A stretch of 64,000 nt of DNA from Vicugna vicugna (taxonomy: Eukaryota), in NCBI GenBank assembly GCA_013265495.1, contig MU060561.1, forward strand, positions 186,001 to 250,000, written 5' to 3'. How positions within the stretch are numbered: position 1 is the first letter of the stretch; each line of letters begins with the position of its first letter. A model generated the notes under the pieces. The model did no database searches, had not been told where the DNA came from, and saw only the letters and a list, made by a program, of their open reading frames with translations. Shown here in pieces: positions 36,059 to 47,406 of the stretch. Position numbers and translations under genes: made by a program.

Positions 36059-36882
36059 TTCGCTCTGAGCATGACAGGCGACTGGTTAGTGGTGGAGCAG
36101 CCACCGAACCCCCATGACCCCGAGGCACTATTCCTAGTACCTACAGTGATGACAGCAGTGACATCAGAAGGAGGCATTTGGGCAGGAAGCCCGCCATACT
36201 CCTGGGCTCTTGTGCTTCCCGAGGTTTATTATATCCTGACAGACACAGATTTCACACCTTAATACTTAAAAGGCACAGTGAGGTCAATGGAGGTGGCAGC
36301 TTGGGACCAGAGGCCCTGCCCTTACAAGACCCCACCTCGTGGAGGACTGCAGGGGAAAGTATCTCTGGTCACACCCTTACCATAAGACTGATCAGAAAGC
36401 TGACAAGAGGGCTGAATTCTGCTGGCCAAAGCTCTACTTCCAACTTCAGAAAATCTGAGACCTCCCACCTTCCCTCCACCCCCCAAAACAAGCCCACAAA
36501 ACCTGTGCCCAGACCCATTGTGAGGTATGATTTAAATTCTGTCTCCAGGAGTCTATATGCCCACCTTTCTAGTTATTTGATTAAATGCCTCCCCCTCCAG
36601 GAAGCCTTCCTTGCTTAGCTTCTCCATTACATCATTTCTCAGCACTGCCGCACTGGGCTGCCCTTCCCTGATTTGTATGAGTGTGTGGCTTTGCATACTT
36701 GTCCATTTCTCCTATCAGGCTAAGATCACCTCCAGAGCAGCCTCCATGCTCTGCTCTGCCTCTTGGCTCCCCGAAAGGCTTGTGCACATGTTCTGGGTGG
36801 GGCACATCATAATCAGGGGTTGGGCAATTGGGAGAGATTGACACATTGACAGGATCGCACCTCTGACATTACTCCAAGGCAG

Positions 36883-36888
36883 TTTATT
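36883..36888 (-). terminator. Probable KRT74 polyadenylation signal
   Basis: First TTTATT I found downstream of the KRT74 stop, giving a 3' UTR of about 1 kb. Confidence 0.5.
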
Positions 36889-37199
36889 GAATACACAGCA
36901 GAAATTCAGAGTTCTTCACTCAAGCAAAGGAGGAACTGGGTGTTGCCATTCTTAGAAACATTTACAACAAGAGCTAGGACTTCTGGACTGGGCGGTACCA
37001 CCAGAGACAGATTAAATTCCCTTCACTGAACACAGCTTCTGGCAACAGGAATTGAGAATCAGAAGCTTCTACAGGACACAGTCCCAGAGAGAGGCCCAAA
37101 GAGAAACCACATACCCACTAACAGAAAGGCAACCTAAGTCAGCTACCCTCATCAGAAGAACCATGAATCTGACATTCCCTTTGTTAAAGAGGCGCGAGT

Positions 37200-37420
37200 G
37201 TGCCATGGGAAGCACACAGACCCTGGAGTCGGCCCTACCTGGGCTCAACTCCTGACCCTGGCACACAGTGAGTGATGGGGGCAAGCTCTGCAGCCTCTCA
37301 GAGGCTGGAGCTTCTCATCTGTCCCAAGGATGCTGATTGCATCCACTTTGCAGGATTGGGTGAGAATTAGAGGCAATGGAAACAGGGAGCCTGGCATGTA
37401 ATGGGTGCTTAACATAGAGG
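37200..37420 (+). mobile_element. MIR SINE (in the predicted KRT74 3' UTR)
   Basis: gcacacagaccctggagtcggccctacctgggctcaactcctg...ggcaagctct...cttctcatctgt...agcctggcatgtaatgggtgcttaa. Confidence 0.6.
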
Positions 37421-37867
37421 AGCAGCTATCACCTCTTGGTTGCACATCTCCGGGTTCACCGGAAGTAAGCCTGTGCACCACTGCTGACTCCACCGCAGCA
37501 CAGAACGAAACTACCCCGACCCCCCTGCCCCACCCCTCCTTCTCCCTGTCCTCCCTCCTCTTCTCTCTCTCCAGGGATGATCACAGCTTCCCAGGGCCAA
37601 GGAGGTAATTACAGCCTGTGCCCCAAAGCCTCCTACCAGCTGAAGGCAGCAGGGGAGAGGGGCAGTCACAAAGTCCGCACGGGACCAGAGGAAATGGGGA
37701 GGTGATGGCGCCAATCAGAACTTGACAGGGAGACAAGCCATGGTGTGTGCAGGTGGCCGAGCGGTCCCAGGACTCGGAGGGAGGGTGGGCGTGGCAGACA
37801 TCTTCAGGCAGGGCGGCAGCAGGAGCGTCTCTTCTCCCAGGTGCTGAGGTGAGTGGGGACTTGGGGC

Positions 37868-40800
37868 TTACGGAGCGGCTTTCCTGGCCGGGCCGGTGAC
37901 TGGGGCGCTTTCGCCTTGGGAGTCCTCGGGGTCTCCCGCTCGTGCTCCTTTGGCCCTGGTCTGCCCGCCTCGGGTACTGCCGGAGCTGCCCACCGTGGCG
38001 CTGGCCCCGAGGTTGGCGCTCGCCGAGGAGCCAGGGTGGTAGCCAAAGCCGCTGGTACTGCTGCTGCTGACAGCTGGGGAGGGAGAGCCAAGAACAGGGG
38101 AAGGAGGGGGGCAGTGTCAGTCAGTGAGCCACCCGCCTCATCCCACAGCAGCCCTCAGCAGTCAAGAAACACCACAAAGGTGGACCGAGACCCAGTTACA
38201 TGGTCGGCTCTGTGAGATGAGGACCACACAGGACAGACACGGTCTCTGCCCTATTAGAGATTCTAAAGCCATCTGGCTCCCAAGTCCAAGATGACGATGG
38301 GCCCAGGAGAAAAACAGGAAAGAAATGGTGTGTGCATGACCTCAGGCACTGCTTCCCTGGGACAAAAGGCAAATGGGCTTCCTTTGAAGTCAGAGAACCT
38401 TCACAAGACAGTGCCAGAAGCTTCTGAATGGGTGGAGACAATGAGTGGAGGTGGCATCACCTTTTCCTAGGGTCCCCAGCTTTCCCATCTAGCTGGGATC
38501 CCCAACCCAACCTGCTTCCAGGCATACTCACAGATGCTCACAGAGGAAGGATTCTCACCAGACATCCTGTAATTCCAAAAGTTAGAGAAAGATAAATCCA
38601 CAGGGAAGTGTCTAGATTCTGCTAAATATTATGGGCTTCTGCTTTTATATGCCTATCATTTGAATTCTCCTTCCAACAATCCACAAGATGGAGATTATAA
38701 TCCCCATTTTATGGATGAGCTAATAGAGGCACAGAGACCAGGACCATACAGCTGGCATATGGCAAAGCCAGTCATGAAACTGAGATCCATCTGACCCCAC
38801 TGGCTCTTTTTGCTCCACTACCCAACCTCCTGTGCTTCATGGTTCGTGTCTGACATCCCCTTGTAGGAAGTTGCAACTGAGCTCAACAGTCAAAGCATCC
38901 CTTCCGTGTTCATGTCACCAGCACTGCTGTCTTTCACTTTTTTGCCTCCCAAATGGCCCCTCAGCCCATTGGAGAGCCACCTACAGCCCATTCTCCCTTG
39001 GCACCCAGCATTCCCCTTCCCCTACCCCCTCACCAGCACTCTTCGCCCTCCAGCAGCTTGCGATAGGTGGCGATCTCCATGTCCAGGGCCAGCTTCAGGC
39101 TCATGAGCTCCTGGTACTCCTTCAGCAGCCGGGCCATCTCCTCCTTGCCCTGGAGCAGGGCGGCCTCCAGCTCATCCAGCTTGGCCCGGGCATCCTTCAG
39201 GGCATTGTCCCCCCGCTGCTCGGCGTTGGCGATGGCTGTCTCCAGGTTGGAACACTAAAAAGCAAAGAATGAGGAGATCATCGGAACATAAAATAATTTT
39301 TAGATCTTATAGGTTAGGTAGCAGAATCTCCATGGAGGGCCCCATTGGAGGCCACCAATGACTGTAGGTTCCAAGTCTGCCAGGTCCTGGAGAACCACAC
39401 TGAGATCCCAGCCAGGACGCCTCCAAGGATCAGACAGCACGGTGAGGCACCACTATGGTTGGATTCCTGCCTGTAGGGCATCTTGCAGAGGGGACACCTC
39501 CTAATCATTAGCACCAAGAGTGAGTGGCTCTGGACTGTTCCAGCACTCTGCAGGGACGGTCTGTCTAAATGCTCCTCAGGTCTGGTCTAACGAGTAAGGG
39601 AGGTTTCCCTTAGAGCAGGAGGTTAAGGGTCTGAAATTATACCCACAACCTCAGACAGAGCCTTTGGGTTCTAACGAGCATCTAGCAGCACTGGGATGGC
39701 AAGTACCAACCAGATGGCAAGTAAGACAGGACCCCCTAGGTGGAAAGGCAATGCTCCACAGCGCAGGGCAGGGGACCCAAGACAGCTGCATCTGCGGGCT
39801 TGCTCACTGGCCACCAGGACCAGGAGGGCAGGAACTTAACGTGGTCCCAGACGGACGCCCCACACCCTGCACATATGTTGAGTGTCCAGTGGGAGAAGGA
39901 GGCGTGGGGCCCAACCTCAGAGGGGCACAACTGAAGGGGATGTGGGGCAGGTTGGTTGCACCCAAAGTCTGAGAAAGATGGAAAAAAGAAAGAGGAAGTC
40001 TGAAGCCTAACCCTGGCTCTGTTAATAACCAGCTGGGGACCCTGGGCAAGTCCCTTTCCTTCTCCAGCCCAGTTTCCTAATCTAAACAGTCAGAGTCAGA
40101 TGAAATAAGCTTGAGGCCCCCCCAGTTCTGAGCAGGGTGCCAGCTCCGACCGCAGGGGTGGGGAAGAGGGGCTGTGGGTGGCCCAGGGGTTCCCAAGCCA
40201 GGAGGGGGAGATTTGCTTTTTGCTAAGGGAGGGCTCCAGTTTCTCCATCACAGAGAGTGAAACAGAGCCTCGGTGGTCTCCGCGGGGTGGCTGCGCACCT
40301 GCTTCTTCACATTTGCTATCTCACACCGGATCCTCTGGATGAGCCGGTTCAGCTCCGACATCTCGTTCTTGGTGTGTTTGAGGTCATCACCATGCCAACC
40401 GGCTGCCTGCTGCAGCTGCTGGATCTGGTTTCCCAGAAACAGGAAGTGGGTGAGGAGACAGGTGTTCCTCCCACTCCCACCCACCCAAGGCAGGGGAAGG
40501 GTCCTGATCAAATACTTCCACCAGCGGAACGAGCCGGGGAGGTGGCCCTGGAGCAGGTCATGGAGCCAGGATCTGGGCATCCTTCCAGCTGTTTGGTGCT
40601 GATTCTGCCCAAGAAACCCACCTGTCTCTCTATGTAGAACCTATTTGCTGGGCCTACCCTCCTTTCTCATCTCCCTGCCTACAGTCTTTCCTACAGTGGA
40701 TCAAGGGAAGAAGCAACTCACATTTATTGAACACTTCTGAAAACATTAGAAGAATTCTGACTCGCTCGACTGATTTAACACCTCTTCACAGAGGCATATT

Positions 40801-43800
40801 TTAAAGACCAAGTTCTGCTCTAAGTACTGGAGAGACAGCAGTGGGCAAGATAGATGAGGTCTCTGGGCCCATGAAATTTCCATCCTCCTGTAGCTCTTTC
40901 TTGGAGGGTCCAGGCCAAGGACCTCATGTACCCTAGAGGGATTGTCGGCTCAGAACTTATAGCTCAGATCTTCCCCTCTCCCTGGACCAGTCCTCCAGAG
41001 GAGAAGGGATAACACAGCCATAGACAGGGGACCAAGGAAGCTGTGATCCTTGCCGTTGGTGGGATTTAATGGCCATGTCAAGGAAGGTGTGAGGAGCAGA
41101 GCAGGTGTGAAGAGCAGAGCAGGTGTGAAGCCCTGGGGAGTGCCCACATAAAGGGTCTGCTCAGTGACAGCCCAGAAGTGTTTTACTTCAATGGGTAACT
41201 CCTGTTCCCCAGAAGACTCCTAGAATTCCATTTTTCCCTCTTGGAAGTCCTCCCATGCTGGTCAGAGGAAAGCTCACAGCATCCTTGTCTTCACTCCCTG
41301 CCCCACCCCAGGTCACAGCCTTTCGCCTCCATATTTGGTACTCTCCTTCTGCCCATGGTGACATGACCCATTCCCTATTTTACAGCAGGAACACCTCCCT
41401 TTTTTCCTCCATTGGAAGATTGCCTGTCCCTTCTGTTGGAAATGCCCATCTGTACCAGTTTTATGATTTATCTTTGATACCAGTCTCTGCCAAGAATCCT
41501 TTTTGAGCAGAATGTCGTTAAAGCATTGATTATAACCCTTCTTTCATTCAACACATCTACTTAGGGATCTCTCACACTCACTGGTGGAGGAGTCCTGTCC
41601 CAGGAAAGGAGGGCTGGTGGAGGAGGGAGACCCACCCGGTGCCCACCTTGGTCTGGTACAGCGCCTCGGCCTCGGCCTTGCTCTTCAGGGCGATCTCCTC
41701 GTACTGGGCGCAGACCTCGGCGATGATGCTGTCCAGGTCTAGGTCCCGGTTGTTGTCCATGGACAGGATGACGGAGGTCTCACTGGTGTGAGTCTGGATC
41801 TGGCCCATCTCCTGAGTTGAGAGGTGAGGACAGAGTCAAGGTCTCCCCACCTCCTTTCTCTGCCCCTCAGTCTTCTGGGCCTGTGACCACAGGCAGAATT
41901 GGCCAAAGTGGAGGAAAGAAGTGCCTGCTGGAGATCTGTCTGTCAGAGCTGAGGAAGAGGCTCACACGGCAGGATACACCCCAAATGGGCAGCAGGCCGT
42001 GGGACGCATTGCCTACAATTCACGGAATCAAGAATCTGTGCTTTAGCAGGATGTCATGGTTCATTCTTTCCTGCCTGCGGGCAAGGTCATTAACGTGGCC
42101 CCGAGAGGATTGTCTCCTGTGTGTATGGCCTCTGGGGGCCAGAACCCTACACTCCCATGGTCTCCTAGTGCACAATTTTGCACGCTACCATCAAACCATC
42201 TTTCATTCTCTTTATCCTAAACCCCTCCTGCTGGCATCTCCCTGGAAGAGCCAGGTGAAGCCCTCAGATGGAAAGGGCAGGGTGTGGGAGGGGTAGGAGT
42301 GTCCTCACCGCATCGTACAGGCACTTGAGGAACTTGATATCTTTGTCCAGAGAGTCCACTTTGGCCTGAAGCTCCATCTTGGCTGTGTAGGCTGCATCTG
42401 CATCCTGCCAAGAGGCACCCAGAACCATCAGTCAATACAATCCTCATCCCATCAGCTTGCCTGCCCCTGCTCCCAGAGCTATCTGATTTCCTAATTTTTG
42501 CACACAGAAGGAAGCATGTTGATGAATACAATCCCTCAATACTGCTTTTCTCTTAGATTCACTGCATCTTTGGGAATAGGGAAAGAAGACCAGCTCTTCC
42601 TCTGTTACACCTAGAGAAAACAAAGCTCAGAGAGGTAGAGTGAGTTTCCTCAAGTCACACAGGAAGGTCAAGCTGGACCAGAGTTTCCTGATTCCCAGAC
42701 CAGAATTCTCTCCTGTCTGTCACTATCCATTTCCTGGGTGTGTGTCCTGCCTTTCCAACTTCTAGAGGCCGAAATATGACTCCCTCCCCTTTTACATACC
42801 AGCCCCTCCCCAGGAGACGGGGGCTGGAGTCCTGAGCAGGGCTGGTTAGGATGGGGGTACAAGAGAGACCGAAGCCCATAGGCTCTTTTCTCCCTTACCT
42901 TCTTGAGCACCACAAACTCATTCTCAGCTGCTGTGCGCCGATTAATCTCCACCTCGTACCTGTCGGCAAGGAGAGAAGATAGAAGAGGCCTCTGCCCCTT
43001 CGGCCAAGTGACCACCTCTTCCCCCTGGCCAGGCAAGTGCTCGAGATTCAGGGTCTTGCAGGACCTCCTGGAGGTGAGCACTGCAGAGGCCGTTGATGGC
43101 CATCCTCTGTCCCTGACTTGCCTCATTTCCATCCCACTCTCTGGATCCTAGGACAACATGCAAATGCCTCAAACTGGCCACTGAACCAATCAGTGGATCA
43201 ACAAGCATAGAACTCCCTCCTATCACCCAGATAGGAAGTCCTCTCCAGACAGGTGGGGTCCTTCTCCCGCAGCCAGAGGGGGGCTGTGAGCCCCTGACCC
43301 TGGTGCTCGCTCCCCTCCCAATAAGTGGCACAGAGATTGAGTGAGTGCAGGAGCCCTGGGACCATGACCCATGACCTTTGGTGGTCCCCGCTCACCTCTT
43401 CTTGTAGTCCTCCACCACGTCCCGCACGTTCCCCAGCTCCGAGTCCAGCCTCACCCTGTCCCCAGACAGCGCCTCCAGCTGCTTCCGCAGGTTGCCGATG
43501 TAGCGCTCGAGGATGGGCTCCAGGTGGTTCTTGCAGTTGCTCAGGTCCAGCTGCTGCAGCAGCGCCCACTTGGTCTCCAGCACCTGGTTCTGCTGCTCCA
43601 GGAACCGCACCTGGTACCACAGTGGATGATGCCGTGTCCTGTGGACAAACACCACTACCTCCCCAGGTAATACAGATTTTTCTAAAGTTGTTGGCTCCAG
43701 TCCTGACTCTCTACTCACGAAATTCCAGGCAAACTAGATCCTTTACAAGAGCTCATTCCATAACTTTTTGGACAAAACCAATCACTGAAAACTCACTGAA

Positions 43801-44693
43801 GACTGAGACTCCACACATTCTTCTCTTGCCTGACCCAGAGATACTTCCTAAGTCTCAGCTAGGTGTTTCTTCTGCACCATGAGCCCTTCCCTCTGAATAG
43901 TGCTGATTCTGTCAGCCTTTCATCTTCTTTAAAGAGCTAGAGATGCATGCAGCTGCCCTCCGGAGTTCCATGGCTTCTTTCTCAAGGTAGGGCTACCCTT
44001 TGGCCAATTTCCCATCCTTCACTGTAAAATCCCCAAAGAAAGCAACACATTCACTTCTTCCTCTGTGCTACCCAGCTCACAGTTCTGTTCTTCCTGTTCT
44101 GATCAGGGAGCCCTTCCTGAGGTCCAGCATCAACCTTTCCACCCACAGTGCCCTGGGCACTCCCAGGCAGCAAGGAATCACTCACATCTCACCAGACCGT
44201 NNNNNNNNNNNNNNNNNNNNNNNNNNNNNNNNNNNNNNNNNNNNNNNNNNNNNNNNNNNNNNNNNNNNNNNNNNNNNNNNNNNNNNNNNNNNNNNNNNNN
44301 NNNNNNNNNNNNNNNNNNNNNNNNNNNNAGGAGGCTCTTGTTGACGGTGACCTGGTGGATGCCCCCAGGTGGGCACATGGATGAGCACACAGGCCCCAGG
44401 ACCACACTGCCAAACATGCTGCCAGCAAAGCCCCTGGCCTGGCCCTCTCCGTACCCAGAGCCAAGCCCGAAGCTGTAACCTCCAGTCCAAACACCGCCAC
44501 CAGCCACGCTGAGGGAACTACACGGATTCCCTTTGAGACCATAGAGGCTTCGACTGCCAAAGCCAGCCCCTGCTCCTTTGCCAGCTGCACGGTAAGAAGG
44601 CGCACTGCCCACCGCCTTCCTCAGCACCACTGCCGAGCGCCCACTGAAGCCACCCTTGTCGCCACGAGACTTGATGCTCAGTTGCTGGCTCAT
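37868..44693 (-). CDS. KRT74: Keratin, type II cytoskeletal 74 (K6irs4), 9 exons, end of exon 1 in an assembly gap, about 531 aa
   Basis: Exon 1 starts at 44693 (gccaccATG; [29 protein letters not shown]...[10 protein letters not shown]) and runs into the N gap 44201-44328, with a predicted end near 44223. Other exons: 43610-43396, 42959-42899, 42404-42309, 41811-41647, 40424-40299, 39254-39034, 38566-38532 ([11 protein letters not shown]), 38073-37868 (ends ...PARKAAP TAA). Canonical lengths, GT-AG sites, no stop or frameshift in visible sequence. Head, the [11 protein letters not shown] linker, RIRCEI and the tail fit KRT74. Confidence 0.92.
38650..38800 (-). mobile_element. MIR SINE (KRT74 intron 7)
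   Basis: ccaacaatccacaagatggagattataatccccattttatggatgagctaatagaggcacagaga. Confidence 0.65.
41085..41130. repeat. 18-bp tandem repeat, 2.5 copies (KRT74 intron 5)
   Basis: aggtgtgaggagcagagc aggtgtgaagagcagagc aggtgtgaag. Confidence 0.85.
44201..44328. other. Assembly gap covering the end of KRT74 exon 1 (other gaps: 31439-31569, 32064-32201, 32259-32414, 63842-63976)
   Basis: N runs in the sequence. Confidence 1.
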
Positions 44694-44781
44694 GGTGGCA
44701 AAGATGGAGTTGATGGAATTGGAGAAATACAGTCACCAATGGAGAGAGAACGCTCGATGGGGCGCCCGGAGCGCCGCTTCC

Positions 44782-44788
44782 TTTTATC
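44782..44788 (-). promoter_or_regulatory. KRT74 TATA-position element (GATAAAA variant)
   Basis: Minus strand cgGATAAAAgg, 95 nt upstream of the ATG, matching the position of the KRT71 TATA box. No canonical TATAAA nearby. Confidence 0.55.
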
Positions 44789-44954
44789 CCGTCCATCCCT
44801 GGACGCCGGAAAGGGCGTCCCTCCACTATCTCCTTGCCTCCTGCTGAAGGGCCCGGGGCCGTGGGCCATTTGTGGAATGCAGCTCTCCAAGCCCTATGCA
44901 GCAACAAAGTGCTTTGACGGCGAGCAGGATGTGCTGCCCTTGCAGACCGGAGCG

Positions 44955-45112
44955 GTCTAATCAGGCATTTATCTGCGCTCCTAATTAGGGGCCTGGAGAG
45001 TTATCCCCTTCAGAGATCGCCTACTTTTATTTTTCCAGGGCTGCGTCTTTCTTGCTTATCTATTAGCAAGAAGCAGGGGAAATGCCTGCCTTTGTCCAAA
45101 GAGGGCTTATCA
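44955..45112 (-). promoter_or_regulatory. KRT74 proximal GATA cluster and TAATTA
   Basis: WGATAR matches at 44969-44974, 45056-45061 and 45107-45112; TAATTA at 44982-44987. Confidence 0.45.
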
Positions 45113-46479
45113 GAAAACCCCAGCTCTCCTCCCCGGAGAACCCAGCTCCCTAGTATCTGGTCTGGTTGAGGAACTGGGGTGTTAGCGCTGGAGAAGAGGA
45201 GACTCAGAAAGGACACAATGGCTGTCTTCAAAGATCTAGATCCAAGAAGGAAGTTCCAGGGTTCATTGACTGGGTCTGTAAAGACTACAGCTGCCTAGCA
45301 ATGGAACAGAGCCAAGGGAGAGGGTGGAATGGCCACATGGGGTCTGCATGCCCCCCCAGCAGGGGACCATCGGGGCTTTCTGTACTGGGCAGGATCTGGG
45401 TGGCCGTCACCTTGACATTGCTTTGTCAATGGTGAGAAACTTTTCAGGCAGCCACCACTCTCTGCAGCTGACTTTTTTCTCCTGGACGAGGTTATCTGCC
45501 CCTTCCAAGGAGGTCGGGCCATGCAGCGTTCCCAGGAGCTGGGACGTTGACTCTCCCGGGGGAGAACATCTCCCCCCAGCTCCCTGGGGAAACACTCTAA
45601 GCCCAGGAACCAAGGTACAGGAGCCCCTAAGTCTCACTTCTGGGTTCAGGGTGGCTGTTCTGTCACTTTCTTGACCGCTTTAGGAAGCCACTTAGTTTGG
45701 GGACAGGCAAAACAAGTCCTTTAGCTCAGATCGTCCTGGTGAGGTGAAATGTTAAAAAATCATTTCAAAAACAGACATCTGCTTGTTCTGACCACTCTGG
45801 GTAACTAAATTCGGGAGGTTTGACCCACTGGACTGGCCAATGATAGTAGACAACCGTTCCCCTCCTGGGAGGGGAGGAGGGGGCCATGAGCTGGGCAGAG
45901 GGGATGAGCGTTTGCCTGGAAACTGCATCTGAGGGTTTCCTGTCCAGTGTTCTCCCTACAGCCCCAGAGGCAGCAAGAAAACTCCTCCAGGGGCCATGTC
46001 TCCCAGCCTTCCCAGCAAGGCCTACTGTAGGGCAGGCGAGGGTGTAAACTGAAGTGGTTTCTTACGGTTTTCTAAGCCAGATCACAAGTGCTATTGAATG
46101 AATGTCAGCAAACGATGAAAACCCTTGACGACAGTGACTAACATCAGGTCCCAGCCTCCAAGGAGCCTGCAGAGCAGTGAGCAGAATCTACACAAAGAAC
46201 TCAATCCCAGGTCTAAGCTGTAGACTAACAGATGATTGTTGGGAACAAAGGATCAGAGGTGTGCTGAGGAGGAGAGACTAACTCTGATGGGGTTTTAGGG
46301 ACATCCAGACGGCTTATCCCCCAACGACACTCATGGCAGGGGCTGGCGGGCTAGGCGCTCCCCGGCAGCGGGGGGTGAAGTATGACTTGCAGTCATGGTA
46401 GCAATGGTGGCAGCGCCAGTATCCACTGTGACAGTAGTGACAGTGGCAACAAAGAGTCAGCTTTGATTGCTCATGTCGG

Positions 46480-46680
46480 GTGTGCCAGGCCTTGTGCTGA
46501 GCACTGCCGGGATTTCTAATTTAGTCCTCTTGTCACTAATGTCACTTTACAGTTGAAGAAACTGAGGCTGAGAGGCATTAAGGAGCTTGCCCAAGCTCAC
46601 TCGGCTAGCAAATCAGAGCTGGGACTGGAAAGCCAGTGTGTCTGGCTTCAAAGTCCACATCCCTAACCATCACCATGTCG
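46480..46680 (-). mobile_element. MIR SINE
   Basis: gtgtgccaggccttgtgctgagcactg...acagttgaagaaactgaggctgagaggcattaaggagcttgcccaagctcac. Confidence 0.75.
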
Positions 46681-47360
46681 TTCATTCTGTGATGGAGGTA
46701 AGAGTTACGGCCATGGATGCAAAGACTGTCTGATGCAGGAGGCAGGCGCGGCAGTCACGGGCTGAGTCCCTGTGCTCACGTTTCCATCTGTTGTTGAGAC
46801 GAGCTGATGACAGGAGGAGGAGAGGAAGTTGCCTCTGAACTGGGGACTTATGTAAAGTGGTTGCTCTAGACAAAACAGCAGTCGGGTTCGGAGAGAAAGG
46901 CAGTCAAAACGGGGATGGGCAGAGGGAGAAAAAACTCACTTGGATGGGGGGCTATTTTAGTCTAGAATCCCCAGTAGCTGGGCCTTCACTGAGGGGCCCC
47001 AAAGGGGAAATCCGCATGGTTCTGCTGATCGGAGTCTCCTGGACCAAGTCTGCACCTCGCTGCCTGGCTGAGTGTGAGCCCCAGTCTGCTAGGGGAGACA
47101 GACCCCTTAGCGGGGACATCCGCAGAAGAGCATTTACAGGTAAGGCATGAGGCTGGATCTTCCAGGCTGGAGAAGACTTAGAGTAAATAGAAAGCAGAGT
47201 GTCAGGTGCCCAGGAAAAGCTACAGAAGGAGCTGAGCCCATCCATCCTGGGGAGAGCCAGGGCCAGGGCTGGGGGTCCTGGTGCTCTCTGACCTCAGTCT
47301 GTGAGCACTCAGTGAATGCCTTGGTGTGTCTGGCCCTGCACTGGGCTGGCCAGTAAGGGT

Positions 47361-47406
47361 CTAGTGATGGTGATGATGGTGATGGCTGTGGTGGTGGTGG
47401 CGGTGA
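47361..47406. repeat. Degenerate (GGT/GAT)n trinucleotide repeat
   Basis: gtgatggtgatgatggtgatggctgtggtggtggtggcggtg. Confidence 0.7.

Noticed and set aside
37861-38040. CpG-rich KRT74 last exon as a 3' CpG island
   Set aside because: It has 18 CpG in 180 bp versus 13 in the equivalent KRT71 exon. This is short and explained by Gly/Ser/Ala/Arg codons.
46682-47050. Keratin-like snippets (MSRATT..., ARLNNR, CAGCAGAACCA = QQN) upstream of KRT74
   Set aside because: Matches are 3-6 residues with no collinear neighbouring exons or splice sites, unlike the 12-17 kb relic.
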